Below are positions 25,360 through 36,540 of a stretch of DNA of 47,259 nucleotides, piece by piece. The DNA comes from Octopus bimaculoides (Eukaryota). The first letter of the stretch is position 1. Each line of letters starts with the position of its first letter. The position numbers were made by a program, and so were the translations under genes. The notes under the pieces are model-generated. The model searched no databases. It saw nothing but the letters and a program-made list of their open reading frames with translations, and was not told where the DNA came from. The stretch spans positions 5,402,778 through 5,450,036 of the forward strand of contig NC_068995.1 of assembly GCF_001194135.2 (NCBI RefSeq), read 5' to 3'.

Positions 25360-25980
25360 TGTTGAGTGCGTGTGTTTGTGTTTGTATATATATATGTGTG
25401 TGTGCATGTATATATTTATATATACGAACATATACATATATACACTGATGTGTCCCCATCCGCACACACACACACACACACGTATATGTACATTCATACA
25501 TACACATAATTACACTAATGTGTATATATGTTAGTGTATATAATAAGTATGTGTGTATATGTTTTCTGTTTTGACCTGTCCGTTTTAGTGGAGTATTGAT
25601 TTTGAAGTTTGCTACAATCATTTTGGCAAAATTTCCCTTTCCTCTCAGAAATGATATTCACTCCTGATGCCCATCCTCCTCCCATACACACTTATTATTA
25701 TCTTCCATTACAACTGTATATAAAGTTAGACCAAGCTCACCCATAATCACGTGAATTACATGTAATTAGAGCTAATTGCATTGTAATTACATTAACTTCT
25801 GCCTAATTAGAACTCATTATATCTAGTTAAATTTATTACAACTTTATACTGACACTACTATTATCATTATTACTGTTATTATTATTGTTGTTGTTGATAT
25901 TATTATTACTATTATTATTATTATTATTACTATTACTACTACTACTTGTTGTTATTAATATTAATATCATTGTTGTTATG

Positions 25981-26027
<47 letters not shown>

Positions 26028-26689
26028 TATTATTATTATTATTATTGATAGGTATTAATAGGATATTAAAGATAGAATTCCAAAAATGATAAGAAAAATC
26101 TTACTATGAAATAAACGTGATCTGAGTGAAATACTTCTGGCAAAATGGAAGATGATTCTGGTGATTGTGATGCCAATGATAATGTTATCTCTTTCCACAC
26201 TTATTTATTATTTCTTTCTTGTGTGTGTACTTTGTGTACTGTGCATTTCAAGTTAATGATTTTAACATTAAATTTACGAAAAACAGGTAAAAGTTTTCTG
26301 AAGTAAAAGGAGTCGGAATGGGAGAAAAATCTAGGCATGATATTATTGGAAAGAAAGACAGTAGCTTCGAAGTTTGGCTGGCTGATGAGCCGTTATTAGA
26401 GGAAACTTGGAAGCTCCAATCACCCTGTATTTCTGTTTAATTAAATATATGCCTGTATTATATAATTATGTGTATATAAATGCGAGTGTGAGAGCGTGTG
26501 CGTATGAATGTGTGTACGGGTTGTGTGCGTATGTAAGGGTTTCGTACTTTACAGATGACTTCATATAATAACTGCGGTTCGGAAGTGACACAGTCCTGAC
26601 CTGCTAAGAATAACGTTGCAAATATTCGTTCGGAGAACTATGCTGATGTTTAACAAAAGGAAAAAGGCTTGAAATATGCCGGGTAGGTA

Positions 26690-26830
26690 TAATGAATTAA
26701 TCCGACCTAACATTTTATTTTACTGATCGCTGGAGCATGAAAGATAAAGTCACACCTTTACAGCATTTGAGCTCAGAACGATAAGGTAGCAAACTGCCGC
26801 GAGTCATTTGGTCCACCACTCAAAGAATTC
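26690..26830 (-). mobile_element. SINE family B, diverged
   Basis: ATGAAAGATAAAGTC..GCATTTGAGCTCAGAACG. Confidence 0.55.
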
Positions 26831-27550
26831 TGTCGATACAACCACCCTCTACCAACCCTACTCCCAGCAAATATTATTATTTTATTACACAGAAGTTGTC
26901 CAACCAAACCACTGCCGTTTTCTCTCATGAATTCTATACGGCAGTCTAAAGTAGGAACAGCATTCTACAGAGTTTAGCTTCAATAAATTCATTTAATTTC
27001 TCCAATTAACTTGGTTCTTTCCGGAGAATCAGTTGTCAATGGTTTTTCTATCAAGCAACATTGTGTACAAGCATTGAAACTGTTCGTTGTACAATCTCTG
27101 TATGAAGTGACAATTGATGAGGTGCTTTCATGTCCCTATAGATTTTCACATTGTACTTCTTCTAATGGTCCTTTGGCAACACAGATGCTATCATCTTTAC
27201 TGATTCTATCATTGTCATGCGCTTGCCGTTCAGTCGAGTACTTTTTCTGAAAACTTCCATTTGTTCTCAATAAACAGTTTAGTTGTTCTTAAAAGCAGGA
27301 ATTTCTGCTGTGGCACATTTACACTTAAGTTAATAAAATTTAACCTTTTCCAGGTTTGTCTTTAATTTCACAAATGCATACCAATACTGACTGTTATAGG
27401 TGTGTGTGCACGTACGTACATATGCATACACTCACACACACGTATATATTGTATATGTCTATAATCGTGTAGACACTTGACAGTAAAGACTTCTCTATAA
27501 ATAAGGAACAAAAAGGGAACAGTCAATGCTAAAAATATTGTGTCAGTGTG

Positions 27551-27580
<30 letters not shown>

Positions 27581-27581
<1 letters not shown>

Positions 27582-27711
27582 TCTCTCTCTGCTTATTTCT
27601 GTGTTCCTTTCTGTTGAAGAGCGTAGACTCGAAGCGTAAAAGACTCTCACTTCCCGAGCATTAAACTAATACATCTGTTTGTTGTTTACTCACCCATCTT
27701 CGTCTTTTGTT
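27581..27711 (+). mobile_element. Short repeat between (TA)n tracts containing a decayed minimal hammerhead-like motif (Penelope/retrozyme-like)
   Basis: CTTT-CTGTTGA-A-GAGC-GTAG-ACTC-GAAG-CGT-A-AAAG at 27607-27642. Confidence 0.5.
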
Positions 27712-27721
27712 NNNNNNNNNN

Positions 27722-27766
<45 letters not shown>

Positions 27767-27869
27767 ATGTATTAAATACGAAACTGTAAATTTCCTGCCT
27801 GAGTTTCACATCTCTGATTTACAAACGATGTAATGAATTTGAGTAATGAAACAATGTGTGTGTGTATGT

Positions 27870-28900
27870 GTGTGGCTCTCTTTGAATTCTGTATCTTTTG
27901 CAAAGAATAGCTTCCCAGGTATCTGTTCCAAATACTGTTCTGTTTCCTTGTCTATCTTTCCAAGTGCAGCGGCTATCGTTGGTATTGTACAAGTCTTAAG
28001 ATCCCAAATTCCCATTTTTACTTATCGGATATTTATATTTATTGAGCTTTCGGAACTCTTTCCAAGAGATGTTACAATCCGATGGTACGCTCGGTTCAAT
28101 TAAAAGATAGGATTTTTACCGTCCTTCGCAATTCTATCGAGTCTGTTGGCCTTGATCATTATTATTATTTCTGTTGCTATTCATTATTAGAAAAATGTAT
28201 CAAGTTGTTCTTTGTTTCATCAAAATAATATCTGGTTCATTTTGAAGACCACAAACAAAAAAGCCCAAATGATGTGTAAGATTGCTGCAACAATCTTGTT
28301 AAAACAATACTTATGGATGCAAGTACTGCTCTTTTCTGGAATGTTCCCATACCTGTCTTCAGAAGTAATTTGTCGATGCCTTTATAAAAGTCGTTGTGAA
28401 GAATCCAAATTTGATCATTTACGATTGAAATGACAGACACATTTCTTAACTGCCTTCAACGACTTCGTTCTTGCAATTCCCTAGATTTTCAACTCAGTTC
28501 TACACAATATATCTATTTCGTATTTCTACATCAATTATTACAACACTTATGACATTTGCCATTGAAAATCATCAACTTATCTGTTCTCTAGTGGACTTCC
28601 TCTCTGCATAAGCTCAATATCTTTTATTTCAAAGACATGTAGATGTCCAAATGTGTACTAATGAGTGCGTTTCTTTTAGAGATTTAAACTAAGCGTTCCA
28701 CGGAGAATATTTCCTCTGATCTAGTGTAGAAGCTTGTAATGCAATACAAATTCTTGCTGCAGAAAATACATAAGGTCGACATTTGCAGTGTATATTACAG
28801 AAATTATCCCAATTCACTTTAATGTGTTTTGTGACGAAAGCCAGGTCTTGCGTGGCACACACTGCGGCTTCTGTTGCTCCATTCAAGACTGTATTTGTTT
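27870..28900 (-). mobile_element. 3' fragment of RLE-type non-LTR retrotransposon (R4/Dong-like), degraded
   Basis: Minus-strand remnants in order: LNGATEAAVCATQD...KCR (pre-zinc knuckle), NKIVAAILH, IKANRLD (compare IKANRPD), KEFRKLNKYK, and WDLKTCTIPTIAAALGKIDKETEQYLEQIPG. This matches the CCHC plus restriction-like endonuclease C-terminus. Confidence 0.8.
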
Positions 28901-30100
28901 ATCCAGACTAAAGTAAATTATTTTATTTATATATCGGGGAGGGGGCATTGAGATGGCGCAAGTATTGACCATGTAAACTGGTATGCATTAATGCTGGTTG
29001 TTCAATATCGATGTATTTCGTGTTATTACGATGTCTAGTCTTGTTTAGTATTTTCCCTCTCGTTCTTTTGCCTCAGGATTCAATTTCAATTGTCCGATTA
29101 TTATTATTATTATTATTATTAATATTATCATTATTAATATTATAGTTATTATTATTATAATTATCATTAATAATGTTATTATAAATGGTAATAGACGTTT
29201 AAATATTTCAAACACAACATCGTCTCACCCCTGCCCCATCCATTCCTGATCAGTTGATGCTGAGAATATTTAGTAATTTTTGTTATGCTTTTTTTGTCTT
29301 TTTATTGATTATACTGTTGTCGTTATTGTTAATGTTGTTGTTGGTTGCGTTCTGGTTTTGTTTTCGTTTTTCTTTTTTCATGTTGCTGTTGTATCGCTTC
29401 GTGTGTGTGTGTATGTACAAGTATGTATATGATTGCGGGTATACATGTATGCATATGAGCGTGTGCTTGTTTACATCATTAATGTCATTGAATATTATCT
29501 TCATCAAACTCTCATACCACCACCACCACCACCACCACCACCAACACTACCACCATCACCACAACAACAAGCAAGGCCACCACCGAAACTAACACCACTA
29601 CCACCACCATCACCCATATCGACAGCAACACATCTAACTATCAGACATGAAATGTTATGTTAAATACAAGATGGCTAGTCAATGTTATTATCGACACCAT
29701 CTTCATCATCATCATCATCATCATCATCAACACTATCACCCCCTTCACCACAAACAAAATACTCCCCTTTATCATTATCCTCATCATCTTCATCGTTAAC
29801 ATCACCTCCACTCAAACCACAATGTCCACGATCTTAATTCTACTTCCCCTCTTCCTCCTCACAACCACCACCACCACCACCACCATCATTTATTTGTGCT
29901 TTAATATTAATAATAATAATAATAACAATAGCAACAGCAACAACAATCACCATGACAATCCTACCCTCCACCACACACACACACACACATTTCACCCTTA
30001 TATTTTCAATTAAACATCTTCCACGTCATGAATATCAAGTAATTGTCACAGCTATAATCATTATCACTGGTTTTATTAATAATTTTAATAATAGTATTGT

Positions 30101-30146
<46 letters not shown>

Positions 30147-30562
30147 AAGAAATGCTGTTATTGTTTTTTTTATAATGGCTTTGTTAATAATGTGGTTAAT
30201 AATGATAATGTTGTTGCCATCAATGATAAAACATTGTCACTAATGACTGTAATAGCGATGACGAAGCTGATGATGATGATGATGATGATAATAAGAAAAG
30301 ACATCTTGATTACATATTTTCACAGAGTGAAATTGCTATGCTTCTTTTCGAAAACAAATAACTAAAGAAGGAAACCTCGATGTCAATTGTTGTTATTGCT
30401 CCATTATTATCGCAGTAAATGTTCAGCATTAGAATCACCAATGTGAGAAACACTACCAACATATTCACAGACGCACTTGAACCACATATCTCTTGATTTA
30501 CGTATAGCTGTGTGAATCAACACGGCAGAAAATAGACTCTGACTAAAAAAAAAAAAAAAATA

Positions 30563-30927
30563 AGAGTGGCTGTGTGGTAACGAAGCTTGCTTCTCAACCA
30601 CATGGTCCCGGGTTCAGTTCCAATGTGTAGCACTTTGGACAAGTGTCTTCTACTGGGCCGACCAAAGCTTTGTGAGTGGATTTGGTTGACGGAAATTGAA
30701 AGAAGCCCGTCGTGTCAATATATATATATATATATACATATATGTATATATGAGCGTGTGCGCGCTCGAGTGTGTATGTTTGTCCAACACCACTACTACT
30801 TGGTTTGTTTACGTCCCCGTAACGCTTCGATTCGCAAAAGAGACCAATAGAATAAGTACCACGACTAAATTTCATCAAGGTGGTACCTCAGCATGGCTGC
30901 AGTCTAATGACTGAAACAAGTGAAAAT
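30563..30927 (+). mobile_element. SINE family A
   Basis: A-box-like TGGCTGTGTGG, B-box-like GGTTCAGTTCC, body GAAAGAAGCCCGTCG followed by (TA)n, tail GCATGGCTGCAGTC..TGACTGAAACAAG. Confidence 0.85.
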
Positions 30928-30965
<38 letters not shown>

Positions 30966-31949
30966 TGTATATATATGAGAGAGAAAGAAAGAGAGAAATA
31001 GTTATCCAAATAAGTGGAGGGATAAAAAAAATGATGCTAAAAATGCACAGAGAATATATTAAAATTGATTTGAATTTAATTAAATTTCAAAATATAGGAA
31101 TAAACCTTACCATTTTCACATTAGATTTTCAAGTGTATACCATATGGAGCTATCTCACAAATTATGTCAATTCTGGCTGTTGTTATATATATATTTTTAT
31201 AACATCTGGTTATTTATAACATTTGTTTATAAAGTCAGTGTGTATATAATGCTTGTATATTTTAAATGTTTCTAATGTCTCGTTATAACAGTTTAATTTA
31301 TAACATCTGCTATTTATAATATCTTCTTATACATATAACTGTATATTTATAGCGCCGGTATGTTTATAATACCGTCTTATCTATATCTGCTATTTATAAC
31401 CTCTATGCATGAGCTCTGTTTCTGCATGTCTATAATTATTAATTATTATACATCGCATGTAATTATTGCGCTTGTATAATTACGATGTCTGTTTATTATA
31501 ACATCTCCCTATTTATAATATCTATATGTTTATTAAAGCTATGAATGTAATGTAGTCATCTACCATTCTTTCAGTACTGACTCAATTTGATGTTTGTTCT
31601 TATCTCCAATAATATCAGTTTTCTGAAAAAACAGAGGAGCGCATCCTTTTACCGTTTATTTATGGAGAAGAACAGAGCTGGGTGTTATTTCTATTTCAAG
31701 TCCCTCCGAAAGTAGAAGGCACAAATTCATTCTAAATTAGAGACCTGGCTCAAATACTAAAACAAAAGGAATTCTGCTGAAGGCAGCCAAGTACCATGTG
31801 GTGGTGTGCAACCAGTCTCTAACATATTAAGCCAACCACTGAATAATTAACACTTCAAAGAGATGGAATACATGCTGCGAGAAGACATTCCTGTCTCTTG
31901 CTGTAGCATCTGTCAATTCGTCACTTGGTTTCACATACAAACAATAACA

Positions 31950-32095
31950 ACATGCCGGACCAAATGCTTAGTGGTTCTGAGTTCAAATTCTGCCGAGGTC
32001 GACTTAACCTTTCATTCTTGAACACTGGTCGATAAGTCGATGCTATTGACTTATCCCTTCCCACTGAAATTGCCGGCCTTGTGCCAAAGTTATAA
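31950..32095 (+). mobile_element. SINE family B
   Basis: TCTGAGTTCAAATTCTGCCGAGGTCGAC..CCGGCCTTGTGCC followed by ATT-rich tail. Confidence 0.8.
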
Positions 32096-32424
32096 TAATT
32101 TATCATTCTTATTATTATCATTATTATTCCTTCGTAACACAGTGTAGGTAGAAATGCACCGGAGTCTTTAGTCATCTGTCAAGTCACAACAAGGACCTCA
32201 GACAGATAATACTTTTCTTAAGATGTGCGCTGTGCTTAATAAGGCTGCTTTTTGAAGGACATCAATTTTGCATGGGATTTCCAGTTGCCTTAAGAAGTTT
32301 TGAAGTTTCAATGGCATTGAGCCCAACTCTCCGATCACCACTGGTATCACTTTTACATTACCCACTCGCATTCCATACAGTCTTGCCTATTATTATCATT
32401 ATTATGTGTAGTAGTAGTAGTAGT

Positions 32425-32600
32425 ATTAGCAGAGGAGGAAGAACGATTGCGTCGACCTCAGTACTTAACTAGTACTTTATTTTATCGTATCCCGAAACGG
32501 GGACAAAGAGGGCAAAGTTGACCTGTACGTTATTTGAAGTCAGTACGTTATTTGAAGTCAGTACGTTATTTGAAGTCAGTACGTCATTTGAAGCCCGAAG
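32425..32600 (-). mobile_element. SINE family B carrying a 4x18-bp tandem amplification
   Basis: GTCGACCTCAGTACTTAACTAGTACTTTATTTTATCG..GGCAAAGTTGACC, then the tandem array. Confidence 0.7.
32525..32596. repeat. Tandem repeat, 18-bp unit GTACGTTATTTGAAGTCA x4
   Basis: Three identical units and a fourth with 3 mismatches, with no spacers. Confidence 0.95.
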
Positions 32601-32647
32601 AAGTTCCACTGAGCATTTTGTCCTACGTGCTAACGAATCTGACAACA

Positions 32648-32707
<60 letters not shown>

Positions 32708-33479
32708 CATTATTATCATTCCCGACAAATGCAGTGTTGATTTAATCGACTGCACCTTAAAAGTCTCTAACCTTATGCGAGTGTCAAAAATCAATGCTAA
32801 AAAATAGTAGTGGTTAATATTTAAAATAATAATAATTATAACTTGTCTATACGAGTAAACCCAATTATCTCACCTTATGTTTCTTAAAAAACATTTACAT
32901 TTACAGTGTTATATGCTCGGAATATATTCGCCCTTTACTGACGACTACTGAATATTCAATATTTATTTAGGCTAGGCTGACATTTTTCTATTTGAGTCTT
33001 TATTCTTAGTCAGACACACAGAATCAATGAATTTATAATACGCAAATGATTCTCACTAACTCCATCCCTCTCCGATAATGCCGATATATTGATGACCAAG
33101 CAGTTTGTAAAATGGCCTTGAACCAATGAATGCACGAGTAATCGAACAAGTCTGTCTTCCATATAGCAATTCTTTATCCTCTTCTTTATTTCTCTCTTTC
33201 TCTTTCTCTCTCTCTCTCTCTCTTACTCTCCTTCGATATAAATATACACCCCTCTCTCTCTCTCTCTCTCTTTGCCACTTCCTTTCCCCTCTCACTCTCT
33301 TTCCCACATACGTATTTTCTATTCCAAAGCAACAAAAATGATAGTGAATAAGAATAATGGCTGACAACGTGGAGTTTGATTTTGATGTTGTTGATGTTAT
33401 TGTTCGTCGTTTGTGTTCTTTACTTGAATCGACGCGGGAATAGTGGTAGTTGTGGTGGTAGTGATGGTTATTGATGTGG

Positions 33480-33700
33480 TGGTTGTCTTTTTATATTTTT
33501 TAAACCCCAGGCTGTTCTTGATCGCACAGATCTATGATTTAAAGTATTTCCGGTCGCTACGGTCACGTGTTTTATCTTCAAGCAGTGGATTATGTTATCC
33601 AATATTTTTCTAATATATTAAAAAGTAACGTATAAATACTGGGATATTCGGCTGCTATAATTAGCTTTTTGAGGAGTTCATTCGTTGGCTCCCCGGAATA
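33480..33700 (-). repeat. Dispersed repeat family C with an (AAC)n-like end; related copies at about 1065-1250, 4157-4330, 24195-24300, 38108-38330
   Basis: Each copy shows a (GTT)n-like run followed by a diverged CCAGGTCAG..GATC..ATGAT..TTCCAG..TGACC motif. Longer copies continue into TTGGCTGCTATTTCTAGC-like sequence, also seen at 34145 and 37942, and inverted at about 660 and 26590. Confidence 0.5.
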
Positions 33701-33804
33701 GTTGCTGCTATCATTTCTATAATAATATAACCTTAAAGGAATAAACTGAACTCAGCCGTTCTCCCTTAACAAAATATCTTCAAATTATATATATATAAAT
33801 ATAT

Positions 33805-34020
33805 CTTTGTCGTTACCTACCACTGCTTGACTTGACAACCGGTATTGGTTCGTTCACGTCCCTGTAAATTAGCAGCTTGGCAAAAGAGATCTGTACAATA
33901 AATACCATGTTTAAACAAAAAATGAATAAGTCCCGGGGTCAACCCGTTCCACTAAAATTCTTCAAGGGAAAGCTCCGGCATGGCCGCAGTCCAATGATTA
34001 AAACAAGTAAAAGATAAAAG
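33805..34020 (+). mobile_element. SINE family A, 3' half
   Basis: Tail GCTCCGGCATGGCCGCAGTCCAATGATTAAAACAAGTAAAAGATAAAAG. Confidence 0.75.
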
Positions 34021-34717
34021 ATCATATCATCCTCACCTCAGCAGATTTATGGCTGAATGTACCTCTGTTTTCAGAATATATCATGGACCAGATTATCCCT
34101 TTTACTTTTGGGTCGTAACTGATGAGGTCACTTTTGAGAGGGATTTGGTAGCTATTTCTTGCAGGCTGATTGATTGCCTGGAGATTTTCTAGTTAGTCTG
34201 GCTTTTAATTCTTCATATGCCGTTAAGATATCATCTGTCACTGATATATTGAGATCAATATCAATCGATAATAAACACATGATGTTCGATATTGGCCTTT
34301 CTTGCCAAACAGAGAAACAAATGATTTTCATATTATATAATTGTATTTATTGTATATAGGATGTAGTGAACATTAGCGTCGTTGCTTATAGGTTTACAAC
34401 ATATAGCATATCATTGGTTTACTGTATTTATGCAGTGGACAGGAACAGGAAAGTATCTGTAATTAGTTGCAGAACAAATAACACGAAGGTCCGGTCTGCA
34501 TTCGTAAGGTAAATTTTTTTATGTCTTTCGTTAATAGCCAATAGTGAAACGAACGCGCGCACACACATATAAACTCCAGTTACGGTGCGGAGTCTAACTA
34601 TGAAATTTCACACTTAATGGAATTGCGAAGTATCACCAATAATCCATTATTTTGGCATAAGGTTTGTAATATTGCCTTTCCAGAACCTCGGAGACAAATT
34701 CTAATACTTTTACAGAC

Positions 34718-34763
34718 TAAAATCACGATGCGTAAACGCGTAAAATCAAGATGCGTAAACGCG
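34718..34763. repeat. 23-bp tandem duplication TAAAATCA(C/A)GATGCGTAAACGCG x2
   Basis: Direct read; 22/23 identity. Confidence 0.9.
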
Positions 34764-35089
34764 AATAAACCTAATCTTTTTTCTAGAAATAATATATATC
34801 TGATGTGAAATTTTAGTCGCCGATCTCGTTATTTCTTGTCTCAATTCCCTGCATATTTTTGTTGCTTATAACCTACATAATTTCATTCTTTAAATTTATT
34901 TTTATCAATCAAACTGTTTTCATTCCTCTCAACACACTGGGTTACAACTATTCATTCCTTTTTTCCGCACCACCTTGTTTCTGTGTGCGTCAATTCAACT
35001 GACCTAGCTTTTCTGATGAAGTTTAATAATTCAAGACTTTCTTGTATTACAAAAATTCACACTTTTAGACATCACTTCGTTAAGTTTTT

Positions 35090-35438
35090 TGTTGTGAACA
35101 TGGTACACTCCTCTCACGAGACAAGTGGTATGAGTGTGTCACTATGAAGTGAGACGACGTCACCTAGAACGGGGAGTCGTATATCAGTCGTTGTACAAGT
35201 TCTCAATTGGAGTTAAGTGTCAGTTACGTGTTATAGTCGAGTTCGAGTCACAGTCAAAGTAGACGGTTCAAAGTGGTGTCTTGCAGAGCTATCAGACGAA
35301 ACGGTGTATTACCATTCCGGTATATAAAAGATACACGGCATCCGATACCAAAAAGATATCGTGGCTACAAGAGTAGATACAACAGCTACAGTAACAACAA
35401 CGGCCATACATTAAAACTGTGAAAAATACCACATAACA
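35090..35438 (+). mobile_element. Probable solo LTR (349 bp)
   Basis: Termini TGTTGTG...CATAACA (6/7 inverted match), flanked by TTTT on both sides as a possible 4-bp TSD. Internal GACGTCA (35156), TATATAAAAG (35321) and ATTAAA (35410) are in LTR order, and the segment is more CpG-rich than its flanks. Confidence 0.55.
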
Positions 35439-35675
35439 TTTTCCTTTCTCACACTTCCGTTCTCATATCTGAGATATTAAAACGAATACTTTTCACCTAA
35501 TCTGAATTTAAGATCTTTTGGGATGAGTCTTTAACCTACCAAGATGTTACTGTATTTTTATTTATTGCCTAATACGTTTCTCTTTTAATCTTTTTATGCA
35601 TTCATACACCTCGTATTTTAAAAACTTGTTATTTCCGTGAATGAATATAGTTGAATTATCCCCCGCGTCCGAAAT

Positions 35676-35750
35676 TCTTATTTTCCGGCTTATAAATCGA
35701 ATTTTTCCGGGCAAAATTTACAACTAAAGTGGTGGGTCGACTTCTAAACC
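35676..35750 (+). mobile_element. Possible terminal remnant of a pogo/Tigger-like DNA transposon or MITE
   Basis: TTTTCCGGCTTATAAATCGA...GGGTCGACTTCTAA resembles the subterminal motif pair of such elements. No partner TIR was found. Confidence 0.3.
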
Positions 35751-36049
35751 TTGACAAATTTATAGGACTAAAACTTAGATGTGAAATGCAGTAGGATTTG
35801 AAAAGATAATGACGATCTTTGAATGTTTACACTATATACTACACCGACTTGTATGACAAAATGCGATATCGCTACAACATAGATATCAGTAGAAAAATAG
35901 GCTTTGCGTTGTAAAATTGCAGATTACCGCCAGCTTTCTAAGAAAGCCATATTTTTGCAACACGAAGATGTCTGCATATACGATGAGCTTCGTAAAAGTT
36001 TCCATCCATCAAAACCCCAGGCACAATCAATTACGCATCACAAGCTTAA

Positions 36050-36150
36050 GATAGAACCACAAGTTCAAAGTGACGCAGAGTGGGATCGAACTCAAATCAG
36101 AATTACATATATTGCAGAACCGAACTCTTTAACCACACAGCCATGCCTGT
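36050..36150 (-). mobile_element. Isolated SINE tRNA-like head
   Basis: GGCATGGCTGTGTGGTTAAAGAGTTCGG...GAGTTCGATCCC on the minus strand, similar to the family A head. Confidence 0.55.
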
Positions 36151-36289
36151 ACAGAAGTTTTACCAAGATTAACTTTTCTGATATTACGCTCTTTTCTAAA
36201 ATTAACAGCAATATAACGGATTTTGGTATTACTGTATATGAATACATTACTCCGCCGCCACTTTTGTCACCATCATCATCATCAACATT

Positions 36290-36540
36290 CTCCATCTTTC
36301 TATGTCCCCCACTCTCTCTTTATCTTTTCTTTCACTCATTAAATCTCTCTATCACTCTCTTAAAATCTTTCATTCTCAAGTTCTCCCCACCCTCTCTCAC
36401 TTTCTATTTCCCTCATTCTTAATCACTTTCGTTCTGTCTTTGTCTCTTAAAATCTTTCGCTTTCTCCCCCTCACTCCACCACCTCTATCTGTTTATCTCT
36501 CTTAATCTCTCTCTCCCCCACCTCTCTCTCTCACTCTCTT
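36290..36540. repeat. Degenerate CT-rich low-complexity tract
   Basis: Recurrent CTCTCT / TTAAAATCTTTC / CTCCCC motifs. Confidence 0.75.

Noticed and set aside
26990-27250. Complex, coding-looking minus-strand segment (KKYSTERQAHDNDRISKDDSICVAKGPLEEVQCENL*GHES...)
   Set aside because: It contains an in-frame stop, has no clear donor and no recognisable family. It is possibly an old element remnant.
30563-30640. tRNA gene calls for A/B-box heads
   Set aside because: They have no cloverleaf or acceptor stem and continue into SINE bodies.
32525-32596. CRISPR-like appearance of the 18-bp array
   Set aside because: There are no spacers and no cas genes, the context is eukaryotic, and the unit derives from a SINE.
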